64,000 bases of DNA from Nemertoderma westbladi (lineage: Eukaryota; Animalia; Xenacoelomorpha). Positions 12,359 through 25,608 of this stretch are shown here, piece after piece. The stretch lies in contig JAUCBJ010002619.1 in NCBI GenBank assembly GCA_032718475.1, positions 24,084 through 88,083 of the forward strand. The letters run 5' to 3'. The notes beneath the pieces are model-generated. The model searched no databases. It worked only from the letters and a program-made list of their open reading frames with translations, and was not told the DNA's origin. The stretch's first letter is position 1; each line of letters starts with the position of its first letter. A program made the position numbers and the translations under genes.

Positions 12359-12738
12359 TAAAAATAAGTCTTGTACATTTAACAGAAATGTAAATAGCTA
12401 GCCAATATTGTCTTCTGAGCAGAATATTATAGTCAGTCTGAACTCTGAACTATTAATTACTCGCTGTTCTTACCAATATATATCTAAGAACCAATCACAG
12501 CACAGTGTCAGTCAGCTTTCCTGCTGTGTCTATCTATCGTGGTTACTGGCTCATTACTTCTAATCAGTGCTAACCCAGCCTGCCTACAGCAGGCTACCTA
12601 TAGAGAGGGTTAGGAGTTGCTCTGTCTTGTCGGGCTGTCTTGGTAGTTGCTATGGTTACACCCACCTCTGTATTATGTTCCTTATAGTAAACCTTAGCCT
12701 TACCAGGTAAAGAGCTTTACTTATACCAAAGACACATT
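12359..12738 (-). repeat. Split direct repeat A1 (5' terminus of the YR element)
   Basis: Matches 4886-5258 except a 7-bp duplication (TCTGAAC) and one substitution seen. Confidence 0.95.
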
Positions 12739-13657
12739 CTAGCTTCTGTAGCCAAACTACACTTTATTAAATATATGACACTTAATGCCTAACACTATGT
12801 GTATGTCTTGGAAGCATAACATTGGATTTTTAGGGATAGTCTCTATATTTTTTTATTGGCTTGAATTTTGATTTCTAACAGCTTGTCTCTATATTTCGCG
12901 CAGTTGTAATAAAATTTATCCCAATTTCATACCGCTAATAGATATGATGTTTTGGATATTTTGGATGGTTCCACCGAATAGAACATCCAATTTTAGTATA
13001 CAGTAGAAGAATTACATATGAAGTATAATACTGAAATTTCAAGATATAATTTTTTTAGGCAAAGAAGAGGTTTACAGAGGTTTTTCGACACATAATTTTC
13101 TTATACTTTATACTTGGGTTTCCTGTCGCGATTAAATCGATGCAAATGTAGGCCTACTGCAAGTAATTTTACTGAACTGCAAATTATATGAGGATCAAAT
13201 AATAGGTATGTAATATACAGTAGGCCTATTTTATTTGTATTACACTCTGTATTTGCATAAACTTGCTTTGAATTCTTCATTTTTTTAGATCTATTATGAC
13301 ACCACCTCTTCCAAAATAACACAAAATTTATTGACAAGTCTACTTTTTTATGTATTTTTGGATTTACTTTCTCATGTTGTGTATAATTAAATATGTGCTC
13401 AATTTTACAATATATATGTTAAAGAGCAAAATATCACCTTTCGAATTGAATTATACTTGAATGACAAAAATCCGTTTAGCGGTTCAAATTTGACAACTTT
13501 GACCAAAATCTTGGACTTTTAATTACTTAAAGTGTTACGTGCAATTTACAATTGGGGTGACACTGCTTCGAGTGAAATTTTAATAATCAACGCCTACTGT
13601 ATAATAACTAAAAATTATTTGAAATGATTAGGTATTAATAATTAACAAATAAATTAA

Positions 13658-14364
13658 TAACAGGCATTCCTTTAGGAAACATAGTGGAAGGGTTTACTGT
13701 GGAAGATCACCCATGGTGGTGAACAGACATTACTTTAGGAAACAGAGTGGAAGTGTTAACTGTGGAAGATCACCCATGGTGGTGAACAGGCATTCCTTTA
13801 GGAAACATAGTGGAAGGGTTTAGTGTGAAAGATCACCAATGGTGGTGAACAGGCATTACTTTAGGAAACAGAGTGGAAGTGTTAACTGTGGAAGATCACC
13901 CATGGTGGTGAACAGGCATTCCTTTAGGAAACATAGTGGAAGGGTTTACTGTGAAAGATCACCAATGGTGGTGAACAGGCATTCCTTTAGGAAACAGAGT
14001 GGAAGGGTTTACTGTGGAAGATCACCCATGGTGGTGAACAGACATTACTTTATGAAACAGATTGGAAGGGTTTACTGTAGAGGATCACCCATGTTTGTGA
14101 ACAGGCATTCCTTTAGGAAACAGAGTGGAAGGGTTTACTGTGGAAGATCACCCATGGTGGTGAACAGGCATTCCTTTAGGAAACAGAGTGGAGGGGTTTA
14201 CTGTGGAAGATCACCCATGGTGGTGAACAGGCATTCCTTTAGGAAACAGAGTGGAAGGGTTTACTGTGGAAGATCACCCATGGTGGTGAACAGGCATTCC
14301 TTTAGGAAACAGAGTGGAAGGGTTTACTGTGGAAGATCACCCATGGTGGTGAACAGGCACTCCT
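13658..14364. repeat. 63-bp minisatellite, ~11 copies
   Basis: Visible periodicity; explains the 21-aa repeat ORF at 13839-14372. Confidence 0.95.
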
Positions 14365-15184
14365 TGGCTTAATGAGCCTAAAAGATTCTCACATTCATTA
14401 TTTGAAATAAGCAAGAGACGAGATTTTATAACAAAAATAATATGTATATATATAATATGTATAATAATAATATTTGTATATTGAGATTATTAATTGGAAT
14501 AAATTAAATCGCCCTTTACGGCCAGGACCAAAATTTATATTTTTTTACTAAAATGCTACTTCTTCGAAAAGTTTTATTTTGTAACTTGTAACCTGATTTT
14601 TTTATTTTGATGGTCAATTACTTGAAAAAAAATTGAGCAGAATATTTGCTTCCACTTTTTAATGCAAAAGCTGCTGTTTTCTAAATAAATATCAAATTTT
14701 CAGAAAAAGCACGGTTTCTTTTCGTAAAACAAGTTATAACAGCAGAACAAAGCATAAAATGTTGTGAGAGATAGGCCTATCCACCATGTAATGTTACTGT
14801 TATATTATATTATATATATAGTTAAATCACTGAGTGAGTGGACCGGGAAGCCACTTAATTATAAAATGTGAACTCAGCCTCTGGGCACTTTTTGTTAGAT
14901 TTTTGTAAGATTTTTTTTATAGAAGAAGTCAGATATTTTATTGTTGTTAACCCGCGCATCTAAGTGGGCAACAAAATTTTGAGTTTGATCTAGACTTTGC
15001 TGATGACTTAGAGTAGGCCTACTGACAGGATTACTAGGGGACCCAACGGCTCCGCAGCTCATTGGAACAGACTGCTTTTAGTGTTGGTCTCTGTCAACTC
15101 CAAGAAGATAAAAATTATTTGGAAAGTGAACATTGACAGCCCTAAGGAAATGTTTGATTTATGAGTATAAGCTCTAAGGATGGT

Positions 15185-15905
15185 GTGATTGAGTATGTGA
15201 TTTCTGCTACTTGGGGTCATAGATCCAGAAGCCAGGTGAAGGCCTTCGGATATCTAAGAAGATTGCACGGGGAGCATTTAATAGTCTGTCCAGAATTAAA
15301 AAGTCCCATAGAATAAAACGGAATCTCAAGGTTCGATTATTTACAGCAGCAGCAGATCCAGTACTCCTCGAAATGGTAGTCCATACTGGGTGGGCTCTAA
15401 CTGCTGAGAACACCAAATCTCGGGAATTTTCGGTAAAATAAACTTATCATTCGAGGTTAAGACCCCTAGATCCCTTCTTATAATAAATGTATAATAACAA
15501 ACACCTCGAAAAATACAGCTTGCCAACACATAGTTACTATCAAAAATCTCGGAAAGGCATATACAAGAATTATACGCCGGGTTCATTGTCTCATTCAACC
15601 AGACACTATATGATATTAGAGGTGTTTCATTAACCCCCCCCCCCCCCCAGCTTGACACTTGAACGGAGCCGCCTCCGCTTTGCAGGACATTGGTTTCGCC
15701 GAGAGGACCACAAGTGAACCATCATGTGCTTTGGCGGCTTCATGGAGTGAATAAGAAAGGCGGGGAGCCCATGACTTTGTTGAGACACCTCCTAAAGGAT
15801 GAAGTTATTTCTCGCAAAAGTTTTGGGGGGTGGGGAGTTGTGGCGGCGCAATTTGACGATTTCATGTTTAATACAGCTGCAATGCAGCATGTTGATAGTA
15901 GTAGA
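15185..15905 (+). mobile_element. Degenerate 3' fragment of an RTE-clade LINE
   Basis: Colinear similarity to ~55530-56175, including the CAGCTGCAATGCAGCATG..(TAG)n tail. Confidence 0.85.
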
Positions 15906-16673
15906 TAAGTTAGTTTATTTTGGTACATTGACTACATTCGTAGTGAATTTATATAAAACCAGTAGTGTGGGACCTTTTAGCCGGTTTCCACAGATGTCGA
16001 AATCCCATAAACATTTACGCCATGATTAAAATAAAACAAATAAAAAAAAATAATTTACCATTTTGTTAACACTTCTAACAAAAAAATATCACATGAACTG
16101 AACGAACGCCCATCTTAATAAGCACTTTTATGATAATTTTCATTTCAGTTCCATTGTTCTAGTGGTTCTGATTTAGGCATTTTTTCCTTATAATCGGAAA
16201 AACACATTCCACAAATGGTTTAGATGCAACATCCAGATACCATCATCCAATTTATTGATAACTACACTTTACTTAATCATCTCCAGCACTGAAATTAAAA
16301 TCGTCAAAAAGTGCGGCAAACTATGCATGTTCATAACGATGTAAAGTGTTAGGAGTTATATAATATTCGATAATTATTATCCAGTCAATTTCGTTACGAA
16401 AATAAAGCAAAGAAATGCTAGTAATAGTACCTAACATCAAAATACCTAACTCAATACCTAACTCAAAATATTTATTATAAATAATAACATTCCATGCAAA
16501 GTTAAGTTTAAAATATGAATTACATGGACTAACATATATTACAATTAATTGTGTAAATTCAAAATAAATCAAGTTAAAAACTGCACAGCTTCGTATAACA
16601 ATATAAGAGGTATTTTAGACACCAGAGTAAGGAATTGTTGCACCGAATATTTAAAGCAATGAGTAAATCCAAA

Positions 16674-17917
16674 CTATTTTTCTGTCTTGGATAATTCTAG
16701 AATTTCATTAAGAATTCGTAGGTCCTCTTCTTCTCTTAGTTTAGATTCATCGGCGAGCATTGCACTGAGTTTGAGGGCCTTCGAGAGTTCTGTTTCTGTA
16801 GATTGTTTGACAGTAGATACTGGCGAGTCTATATGAACCCAGTCTGCCTGCGGTTTCATTGAGTCTGTCGGCGGTTTCATTGAGTCTGTCTGGGACCTCA
16901 TTGTGTCAGCCTGTGGTTTCATTGAGTCTGTCTCGGACCTCATTGAGTCTGTCGGCGGTTTCATTGCGTCTGCCTGGGCATCTTCTGAATCCGTGGTTGA
17001 CCCCGCTGCGACCGTTAGAACGTCGTTAATGTGAGGGGCTCCATCAGAAGATCCTACAAACTCACTTGTACTTTCCGGCACTACTGAACTCTCTTGTTTG
17101 CCTTCGGGAAGAACCTCCACTGCAGCTGTTTGTCCCTCTGTACCCAACTGCCCCCCTGTATCCAACTGCCCCCCTGTACCCAACGGCCCCCCAGTACCAA
17201 ACTGCCCCCCCGTACCCAGCGGCATCCCTGTACCTGACGGTATGTGTCCGTTTGCCCCCTTCCATTCTCTCGCCGCGGCTATGCTAGCCTCTATGGCCTT
17301 CTGCAATTCAGCCTCCTCATCCATCGCAGAACCCCCCACTTCGCTCAAATATTCCGGATGATTAATCGATAAACTCAGTTGTATAGCCTGCTGTAGAGCA
17401 TCATCCTCCATGCTGCCGCTCCCTACATGGGATTCATGAGAACGCCCCCCTGCCCCTGAGCTGGAATCCACCATGTGCACGCTGTAGCCGCTAGGTGGCC
17501 GGAAGGCGGCCTCGTCTATACAGCACGAGGGAACCGCCACCCCTACGGGGTTCCCTTCGGAGTCTGTAGGATCTCCACCAACTACAGTCACGTAATTAGG
17601 AGTTTCTACGGATCCGTTCAAGTTGTTAAAAGTAATTCTCGTATTAAAGACGTGATACAACGGTATCTCTACCTTTATGGGGAAACCGCTGGGGATCTGT
17701 AGACTTATAAAGTCTCGGAGTTTCTTAAAGTGAGCGTTACTCACGGACATGAGATCGAGTATCGGTAGGACTTGTTCCTGCACGGCTAGCGGATGCTCTT
17801 CAACCAACCACAGCGTCGCCTTAAATCTCTGGGTCTTTACGACTTCCTCTATTGGTCGACCTATATCGCGGTCCACAAGTTCCTCAGCGGGATCGAAGTA
17901 AACCTCAGGGGGGATAC
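16674..17917 (-). CDS. ANKRD13: ANKRD13 exon 4 (end of the GPCR-chaperone domain plus four UIMs)
   Basis: Acceptor TTCCTCTTCAG|GT; DRDIGRP..FKATLWL..LRDFISLQIPSGFPIKVEIPL; UIM-like LQQAIQLS, LQKAIEAS, LSKALKLS, ILELSKTEK*. Confidence 0.93.
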
Positions 17918-18087
17918 CTGAAGAGGAAATATATTAATTTATAAACCTGCGGGAAAATATATTAATATATAAATATACGGCAAATAATATTAATTTATAT
18001 AGTAGATATCTGCGGGAAAATATATTAATTTATATTTTACGTCAAGACTGAATTCGATTTAAAAAACGGGGTGACAGTGAATTTTCC

Positions 18088-18302
18088 CAGTGTTGAATTT
18101 ATTGCATCTTAGACTAATTGGTGAGTATATTGGTAGTTAAAAAAAATATATAAATGTTGATAATAATGTAATAAAGTAATTGCAGCTTTCATACTAGTTA
18201 GGAGGAACCTGGTATATCCGGTAAAATTCCGGCCGGAATTGACCACATTCACAGCAAAAACCACCGGAATTCCGGCCGGAACGGAATTCCGGGACATCCC
18301 TA
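18088..18302. mobile_element. Right-end remnant of an hAT-type non-autonomous element related to 24835-26978
   Basis: Ends ...GGAATTCCGGGACATCCCTA; diverged match to ~26738-26978; no left TIR found. Confidence 0.85.
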
Positions 18303-21300
18303 TTTACCAGTTGGGTTAAGTGGGTTAACTTTACTTACCAGTTGGGTTCAGTGGGTTAACTTTACTTACCAGTTGGGTTCAGTGGGTTTACTTTACTTAC
18401 CAGTTGGGTTCAGTAGGTTTACTTTACTTACCAGTTGGATTCAGTGGGTTAACTTTACTTACAAGTTGGGTTCAGTGGATTAACTTTACTTACCATTTGG
18501 GTTCAGTGGGTTTACTTTACTTACCAGTTGGGTTCAGTGGGTTAACTTTACTTACCAGTTGGGTTCAGTGGGTTAACTTTACTTACCAGTTGGGTTCAGT
18601 GGGTTTACTTTACTTACCAGTTGGGTTCAATGCGTTTACTTTACTTACCAGTTGGGTTCAGTGGGTTAACTTTACTTACCAGTTGGGTTCAGTGGGTTTA
18701 CTTTACTTACCAGTTGGGTTCAGTGGGTTAACTTTACTTACCAGTTGGGTTCAGTGGGTTTACTTTACTTACCAGTTGGGTTCAGTAGGTTAACTTTACT
18801 TACCAGTTGGGTTCAGTGGGTTTACTTTACTTACCAGTTGGGTTCAGTGCGTTTACTTTACTTACCAGTTGGGTTCAGTGGGTTAACTTTACTTACCAGT
18901 TGGGTTCAGTGGGTTTACTTTACCCACCAGTTGGGTTCAGTGGGTTAACTTTACTTACCAGTTGGGTTCAGTGGGTTAACAACTTTACTTACCAGTTGGG
19001 TTCAGTGGGTTTACTTTACTTACCAGATGGGTTCAGTGGGTTTACTTTACTTACCAGTTGGGTTCAGTGGGTTTACTTTACTTACCAGTTGGGTTTAGTG
19101 GGCTAACTTTACTTACCAGTTGGGTTCAGTGGGTTTACTTTACTTACCAGTTGGGTTCAGTGGGTTTACTTTACTTACCAGTTGGGTTCAGTGGGTTAAC
19201 TTTACTTACCAGTTGGGTTCAGTGGGTTTACTTTACTTACCAGTTGGGTTCAGTGGGTTAACTTTACTTACCAGTTGGGTTCAGTGGGTTAACTTTACTT
19301 ACCAGTTGGGTTCAGTGGGTATACTATACTTACCAGTTGGGTTCAGTGGGTTAACTTTACTTACCAGTTGGGTTCAGTGGGTTAACTTTACTTACCAGTT
19401 GGGTTCAGGGGGTTTACTTTACTTACCACAGTTGGGTTCAGTGGGTTAACTTTACTTACCAGTTGGGCTCAGTGGGTCAACTTTACTTACCAGTTGGGTC
19501 CAGTCAGTGGGTTAATTTTACTTACCAGTTGGGTTCAGTGTTCAGTGGGTTAACTTCACTTACCAGTTGGGTTCAGTGGTTAACTTTACTTACCACCAGT
19601 TGGGTTCAGTGGGTTTACTTTACTTACCAGTTGGGTTCAGTGGGTTTACTTTACTTACCAGTTGGATTTAGTGGGTTTACTTTACTTACCAGTTGGGTTC
19701 AGTGTTCAGTGGGTTAACTTTACTTACCAGTTGGGTTCAGTGGGTTAACTTTACTTACCAGAGTGCGTTTACTTTACTTACCAGTTGGGTTCAGTGGGTT
19801 AACTTTACTTAGCAGTTGGGTTCAGTGGGTTTACTTTACCCACCAGTTGGGTTCAGTGGGTTAACTTTACTTACCAGTTGGGTTCAGTGGGTTAACAACT
19901 TTACTTACCAGTTGGGTTCAGTGGGTTTACTTTACTTACCAGATGGGTTCAGTGGGTTTACTTTACTTACCAGTTGGGTCCAGTGGGTTTACTTTACTTA
20001 CCAGTTGGGTTCAGTGGGCTAACTTTACTTACCAGTTGGGTTCAGTGGGTTTACTTTACTTACCAGTTGGGTTCAGTGGGTTTACTTTACTTACCAGTTG
20101 GGTTCAGTGGGTTAACTTTACTTACCAGTTGGGTTCAGTGGGTTTACTTTACTTACCAGTTGGGTTCAGTGGGTTAACTTTACTTACCAGTTGGGTTCAG
20201 TGGGTTAACTTTACTTACCAGTTGGGTTCAGTGGGTATACTATACTTACCATTTGGGTTCAGTGGTTTAACTTTACTTACCAGTTGGGTTCAGTGGGTTA
20301 ACTTTACTTACCAGTTGGGTTCAGTGGGTTTACTTTACCCACCAGTTGGGTTCAGTGGGTTAACTTTACTTACCAGTTGGGTTCAGTGGGTTAACAACTT
20401 TACTTACCAGTTGGGTTCAGTGGGTTTACTTTACTTACCAGATGGGTTCAGTGGGTTTACTTTACTTACCAGTTGGGTTCAGTGGGTTAACTTTACTTAC
20501 CAGTTGGGTTCAGTGGGTTTACTTTACTTACCAGTTGGGTTCAGTGGGTTAACTTTACTTACCAGTTGGGTTCAGTGGGTTAACTTTACTTACCAGTTGG
20601 GTTCAGTGGGTATACTATACTTACCAGTTGGGTTCAGTGGGTTAACTTTACTTACCAGTTGGGTTCAGTGGGTTAACTTTACTTACCAGTTGGGTTCAGG
20701 GGGTTTACTTTACTTACCACAGTTGGGTTCAGTGGGTTAACTTTACTTACCAGTTGGGTTCAGTGGGTCAACTTTACTTACCAGTTGGGTTCAGTGGGTT
20801 AATTTTACTTACCAGTTGGGTTCAGTGTTCAGTGGGTTAACTTTACTTACCAGTTGGGTTCAGTGGTTAACTTTACTTACCACCAGTTGGGTTCAGTGGG
20901 TTTACTTTACTTACCAGTTGGGTTCAGTGGGTTTACTTTACTTACCAGTTGGGTTCAGTGGGTTTACTTTATTTACCAGTTGGGTTCAGTGTTCAGTGGG
21001 TTAACTTTACTTACCAGTTGGGTTCAGTGGGTTAACTTTACTTACCAGAGTGCGTTTACTTTACTTACCAGTTGGGTTCAGTGGGTTAACTTTACTTACC
21101 AGTTGGGTTTAGTGGGTTTACTTTACCCACCAGTTGGGTTCAGTGTGTTAACTTTACTTACCAGTTGGGTTCAGTGGGTTAACAACTTTACTTACCAGTT
21201 GGGTTCAGTGGGTTTACTTTACTTACCAGATGGGTTCAGTGGGTTTACTTTACTTACCAGTTGGGTTCAGTGGGTTTACTTTACTTACCAGTTGGGTTCA

Positions 21301-24300
21301 GTGGGCTAACTTTACTTACCAGTTGGGTTCAGTGGGTTTACTTTACTTACCAGTTGGGTTCAGTGGGTTTACTTTACTTACCAGTTGGGTTCAGTGGGTT
21401 AACTTTACTTACCAGTTGGGCTCAGTGGGTCAACTTTACTTACCAGTTGGGTCCAGTCAGTGGGTTAATTTTACTTACCAGTTGGGTTCAGTGTTCAGTG
21501 GGTTAACTTCACTTACCAGTTGGGTTCAGTGGTTAACTTTACTTACCACCAGTTGGGTTCAGTGGGTTTACTTTACTTACCAGTTGGGTTCAGTGGGTTT
21601 ACTTTACTTACCAGTTGGATTTAGTGGGTTTACTTTACTTACCAGTTGGGTTCAGTGTTCAGTGGGTTAACTTTACTTACCAGTTGGGTTCAGTGGGTTA
21701 ACTTTACTTACCAGAGTGCGTTTACTTTACTTACCAGTTGGGTTCAGTGGGTTAACTTTACTTAGCAGTTGGGTTCAGTGGGTTTACTTTACCCACCAGT
21801 TGGGTTCAGTGGGTTAACTTTACTTACCAGTTGGGTTCAGTGGGTTAACAACTTTACTTACCAGTTGGGTTCAGTGGGTTTACTTTACTTACCAGATGGG
21901 TTCAGTGGGTTTACTTTACTTACCAGTTGGGTCCAGTGGGTTTACTTTACTTACCAGTTGGGTTCAGTGGGCTAACTTTACTTACCAGTTGGGTTCAGTG
22001 GGTTTACTTTACTTACCAGTTGGGTTCAGTGGGTTTACTTTACTTACCAGTTGGGTTCAGTGGGTTAACTTTACTTACCAGTTGGGTTCAGTGGGTTTAC
22101 TTTACTTACCAGTTGGGTTCAGTGGGTTAACTTTACTTACCAGTTGGGTTCAGTGGGTTAACTTTACTTACCAGTTGGGTTCAGTGGGTATACTATACTT
22201 ACCATTTGGGTTCAGTGGTTTAACTTTACTTACCAGTTGGGTTCAGTGGGTTAACTTTACTTACCAGTTGGGTTCAGTGGGTTTACTTTACCCACCAGTT
22301 GGGTTCAGTGGGTTAACTTTACTTACCAGTTGGGTTCAGTGGGTTAACAACTTTACTTACCAGTTGGGTTCAGTGGGTTTACTTTACTTACCAGATGGGT
22401 TCAGTGGGTTTACTTTACTTACCAGTTGGGTTCAGTGGGTTAACTTTACTTACCAGTTGGGTTCAGTGGGTTTACTTTACTTACCAGTTGGGTTCAGTGG
22501 GTTAACTTTACTTACCAGTTGGGTTCAGTGGGTTAACTTTACTTACCAGTTGGGTTCAGTGGGTATACTATACTTACCAGTTGGGTTCAGTGGGTTAACT
22601 TTACTTACCAGTTGGGTTCAGTGGGTTAACTTTACTTACCAGTTGGGTTCAGGGGGTTTACTTTACTTACCACAGTTGGGTTCAGTGGGTTAACTTTACT
22701 TACCAGTTGGGTTCAGTGGGTCAACTTTACTTACCAGTTGGGTTCAGTGGGTTAATTTTACTTACCAGTTGGGTTCAGTGTTCAGTGGGTTAACTTTACT
22801 TACCAGTTGGGTTCAGTGGTTAACTTTACTTACCACCAGTTGGGTTCAGTGGGTTTACTTTACTTACCAGTTGGGTTCAGTGGGTTTACTTTACTTACCA
22901 GTTGGGTTCAGTGGGTTTACTTTATTTACCAGTTGGGTTCAGTGTTCAGTGGGTTAACTTTACTTACCAGTTGGGTTCAGTGGGTTAACTTTACTTACCA
23001 GAGTGCGTTTACTTTACTTACCAGTTGGGTTCAGTGGGTTAACTTTACTTACCAGTTGGGTTTAGTGGGTTTACTTTACCCACCAGTTGGGTTCAGTGGG
23101 TTAACTTTACTTACCAGTTGGGTTCAGTGGGTTAACAACTTTACTTACCAGTTGGGTTCAGTGGGTTTACTTTACTTACCAGATGGGTTCAGTGGGTTTA
23201 CTTTACTTACCAGTTGGGTTCAGTGGGTTTACTTTACTTACCAGTTGGGTTCAGTGGGCTAACTTTACTTACCAGTTGGGTTCAGTGGGTTTAATTTACT
23301 TACCAGTTGGGTTCAGTGGGTTTACTTTACTTACCAGTTGGGTTCAGTGGGTTAACTTTACTTACCAGTTGGGTTCAGTGGGTTTACTTTACTTACCAGT
23401 TGGGTTCAGTGGGTTAACTTTACTTACCAGTTGGGTTCAGTGGGTTAACTTTACTTACCAGTTGGGTTCAGTGGGTATACTATACTTACCAGTTGGGTTC
23501 AGTGGGTTAACTTTACTTACCAGTTGGGTTCAGTGGGTTAACTTTACTTACCAGTTGGGTTCAGGGGGTTTACTTTACTTACCACAGTTGGGTTCAGTGG
23601 GTTAACTTTACTTACCAGTTGGGTTCAGTGGGTCAACTTTACTTACCAGTTGGGTTCAGTGGGTTAATTTTACTTACCAGTTGGGTTCAGTGTTCAGTGG
23701 GTTAACTTTACTTACCAGTTGGGTTCAGTGGTTAACTTTACTTACCACCAGTTGGGTTCAGTGGGTTTACTTTACTTACCAGTTGGGTTCAGTGGGTTTA
23801 CTTTACTTACCAGTTGGGTTCAGTGGGTTTACTTTACTTACCAGTTGGGTTCAGTGTTCAGTGGGTTAACTTTACTTACCAGTTGGGTTCAGTGGGTTAA
23901 CTTTACTTACCAGTTGGGTTCAGTGGGTTTACTTTACTTACCAGTTGGGTTCAGTGGGTTTACTTTAACTTACCAGTTGGGTTCAGTGGGTTAACTTTAC
24001 TTACCAGTTGGGTTCAGTGGGTTAACTTTACTTACCAGTTGGTTTCAGTTGGTTTACTTTACTTACCAGTTGGGTTCAGTGGCTTTACTTTACTTACCAG
24101 TTGGGTTCAGTGGGTTTACTTTACTTACCAGTTGGGTTCAGTGGGTTAACTTTACTTACCAGTTGGGTTCAGTGGGTTAACTTTACTTACTAGTTGGGTT
24201 CAGTGGGTTAACTCTACTTACCAGTTGGTTTACTTTACTTACCAGTTGGGTTCAGTGGGTTTACTTTATTTACCAGTTGGGTTCAGTGGGTTTACTTTAC

Positions 24301-25608
24301 TTACCAGATGGGTTCAGTGGGTTAACTTTACTTACCAGTTGGGTTCAGTGGGTTTACTTTACTTACCAGATGGGTTCAGTGGGTTTACTTTACTTACCAG
24401 TTGGGTTCAGTGGGTTAACTTTACTTACCAGTTGGGTTCAGTGGGTTTACTTTACTTACCAGTTGGGTTCAGTGGGTTTACTTTACTTACAAGTTGGGTT
24501 CAGTGGGTTTACTTTACTTACCAGTTGGGTTCAGTGGGTTAACTTTACTTACCAGTTGGGTTCAGTGGGTTAACTTTACTTACCAGTTGGGTTCAGTGGG
24601 TTTACTTTACTTACCAGTTGGGTTCAGTGGGTTTACTTTACTTACCAGATGGGTTCAGTGGGTTTACTTTATTTACCAGTTGGGTTCAGTGGGTTTACTT
24701 TACTTACCAGTTGGTTTCAGTGGGTTAACTTTACTTACCAGTTGGGTTCAGTGGGTTTACTTTACTTACCAGTTGGGTTCAGTGGGTTTACTTTACTTAC
24801 CAGTTGGGTTCAGTGGGTTTACTTTACTTACCAGTAGGGATGTCCCGGAATCAATATTTTGATTCCGGCCGGAACCGGAACCGGAATTCAACATGCCGGA
24901 ATTCCGGCCGGAACCGGAATTTTGTATAAATTAGTGAAATACACTAAATGACCCATGAAACCTTATATTTTTTTTTTTGAAATAAATGAATTTTTTGGCA
25001 CGTTACGGCCTATTATGGGGAAGGGAGGGGGGGGGGGGGGGGGGTACTTCGGACTTATACGACAGGGAATTCAATTTCCTTGTTTTTCAAAAACCTATAT
25101 CTTTGGCCAAAAGTTAGGTTTTTTGGCTCATACTTAAAAACCTACGTTGGCCAGAGGTTTCGGGTTTCCTGGTTTCGCGACATTAGGTCGTTTAGTGCAA
25201 TATCCTGGTGTCGTTAAGGGAAAGGAGCATGTTACAGTGGCATGTTATTCGAACCAGAACAATAAACGAAAGTTAATAGTATATCTTACAGTTTAATTTT
25301 GCTGGGAATAAATAGATTTCTGGTAAGAAATAGTTTTGCTATAAATATAAATAAACATACTGTATTATAAGCAGCACCTACGGCGCAGGGAATATTGACG
25401 CATGACCCAACGTCGCCATCGACCACACTTGCAGGACCTAAAGACGCAGGACCTGTACGTAGTGTAATAACGTTTTATATTAGTTTTAGGTTAGCCTAGT
25501 GTATTTGTGTAATATTGTATTTGTAACCTAGTAACATAAAGCACCCACTTGGAAATAAGCTGCAAAGCTTTAGGGGTAATCTAATGTTATGTTGGACAAT
25601 CAATATTA

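Larger units (their letters stand above)
4776..12738 (-). mobile_element. Tyrosine-recombinase retrotransposon (DIRS order, Ngaro/PAT-like, split direct repeats), defective copy
   Basis: A1-ORFs-B1-A2-B2 repeat layout; DIRS-type RT, RNase H, gag with CCHC knuckle, YR C-terminus; no TSD seen. Confidence 0.92.
4093..13543. mobile_element. Possible non-autonomous TIR DNA transposon (~1.5 kb of own sequence) hosting the YR retrotransposon
   Basis: Imperfect TIRs GGCACGTGACACTTTAAG / CTTAAAGTGTTACGTGCA flanked by ATTT at 4089-4092 and 13544-13547. Confidence 0.45.

Noticed and set aside
13839-14372. 177-aa protein of 21-aa repeats
   Set aside because: Explained by the 63-bp unit length; an adjacent unit has a stop and there is no unique domain
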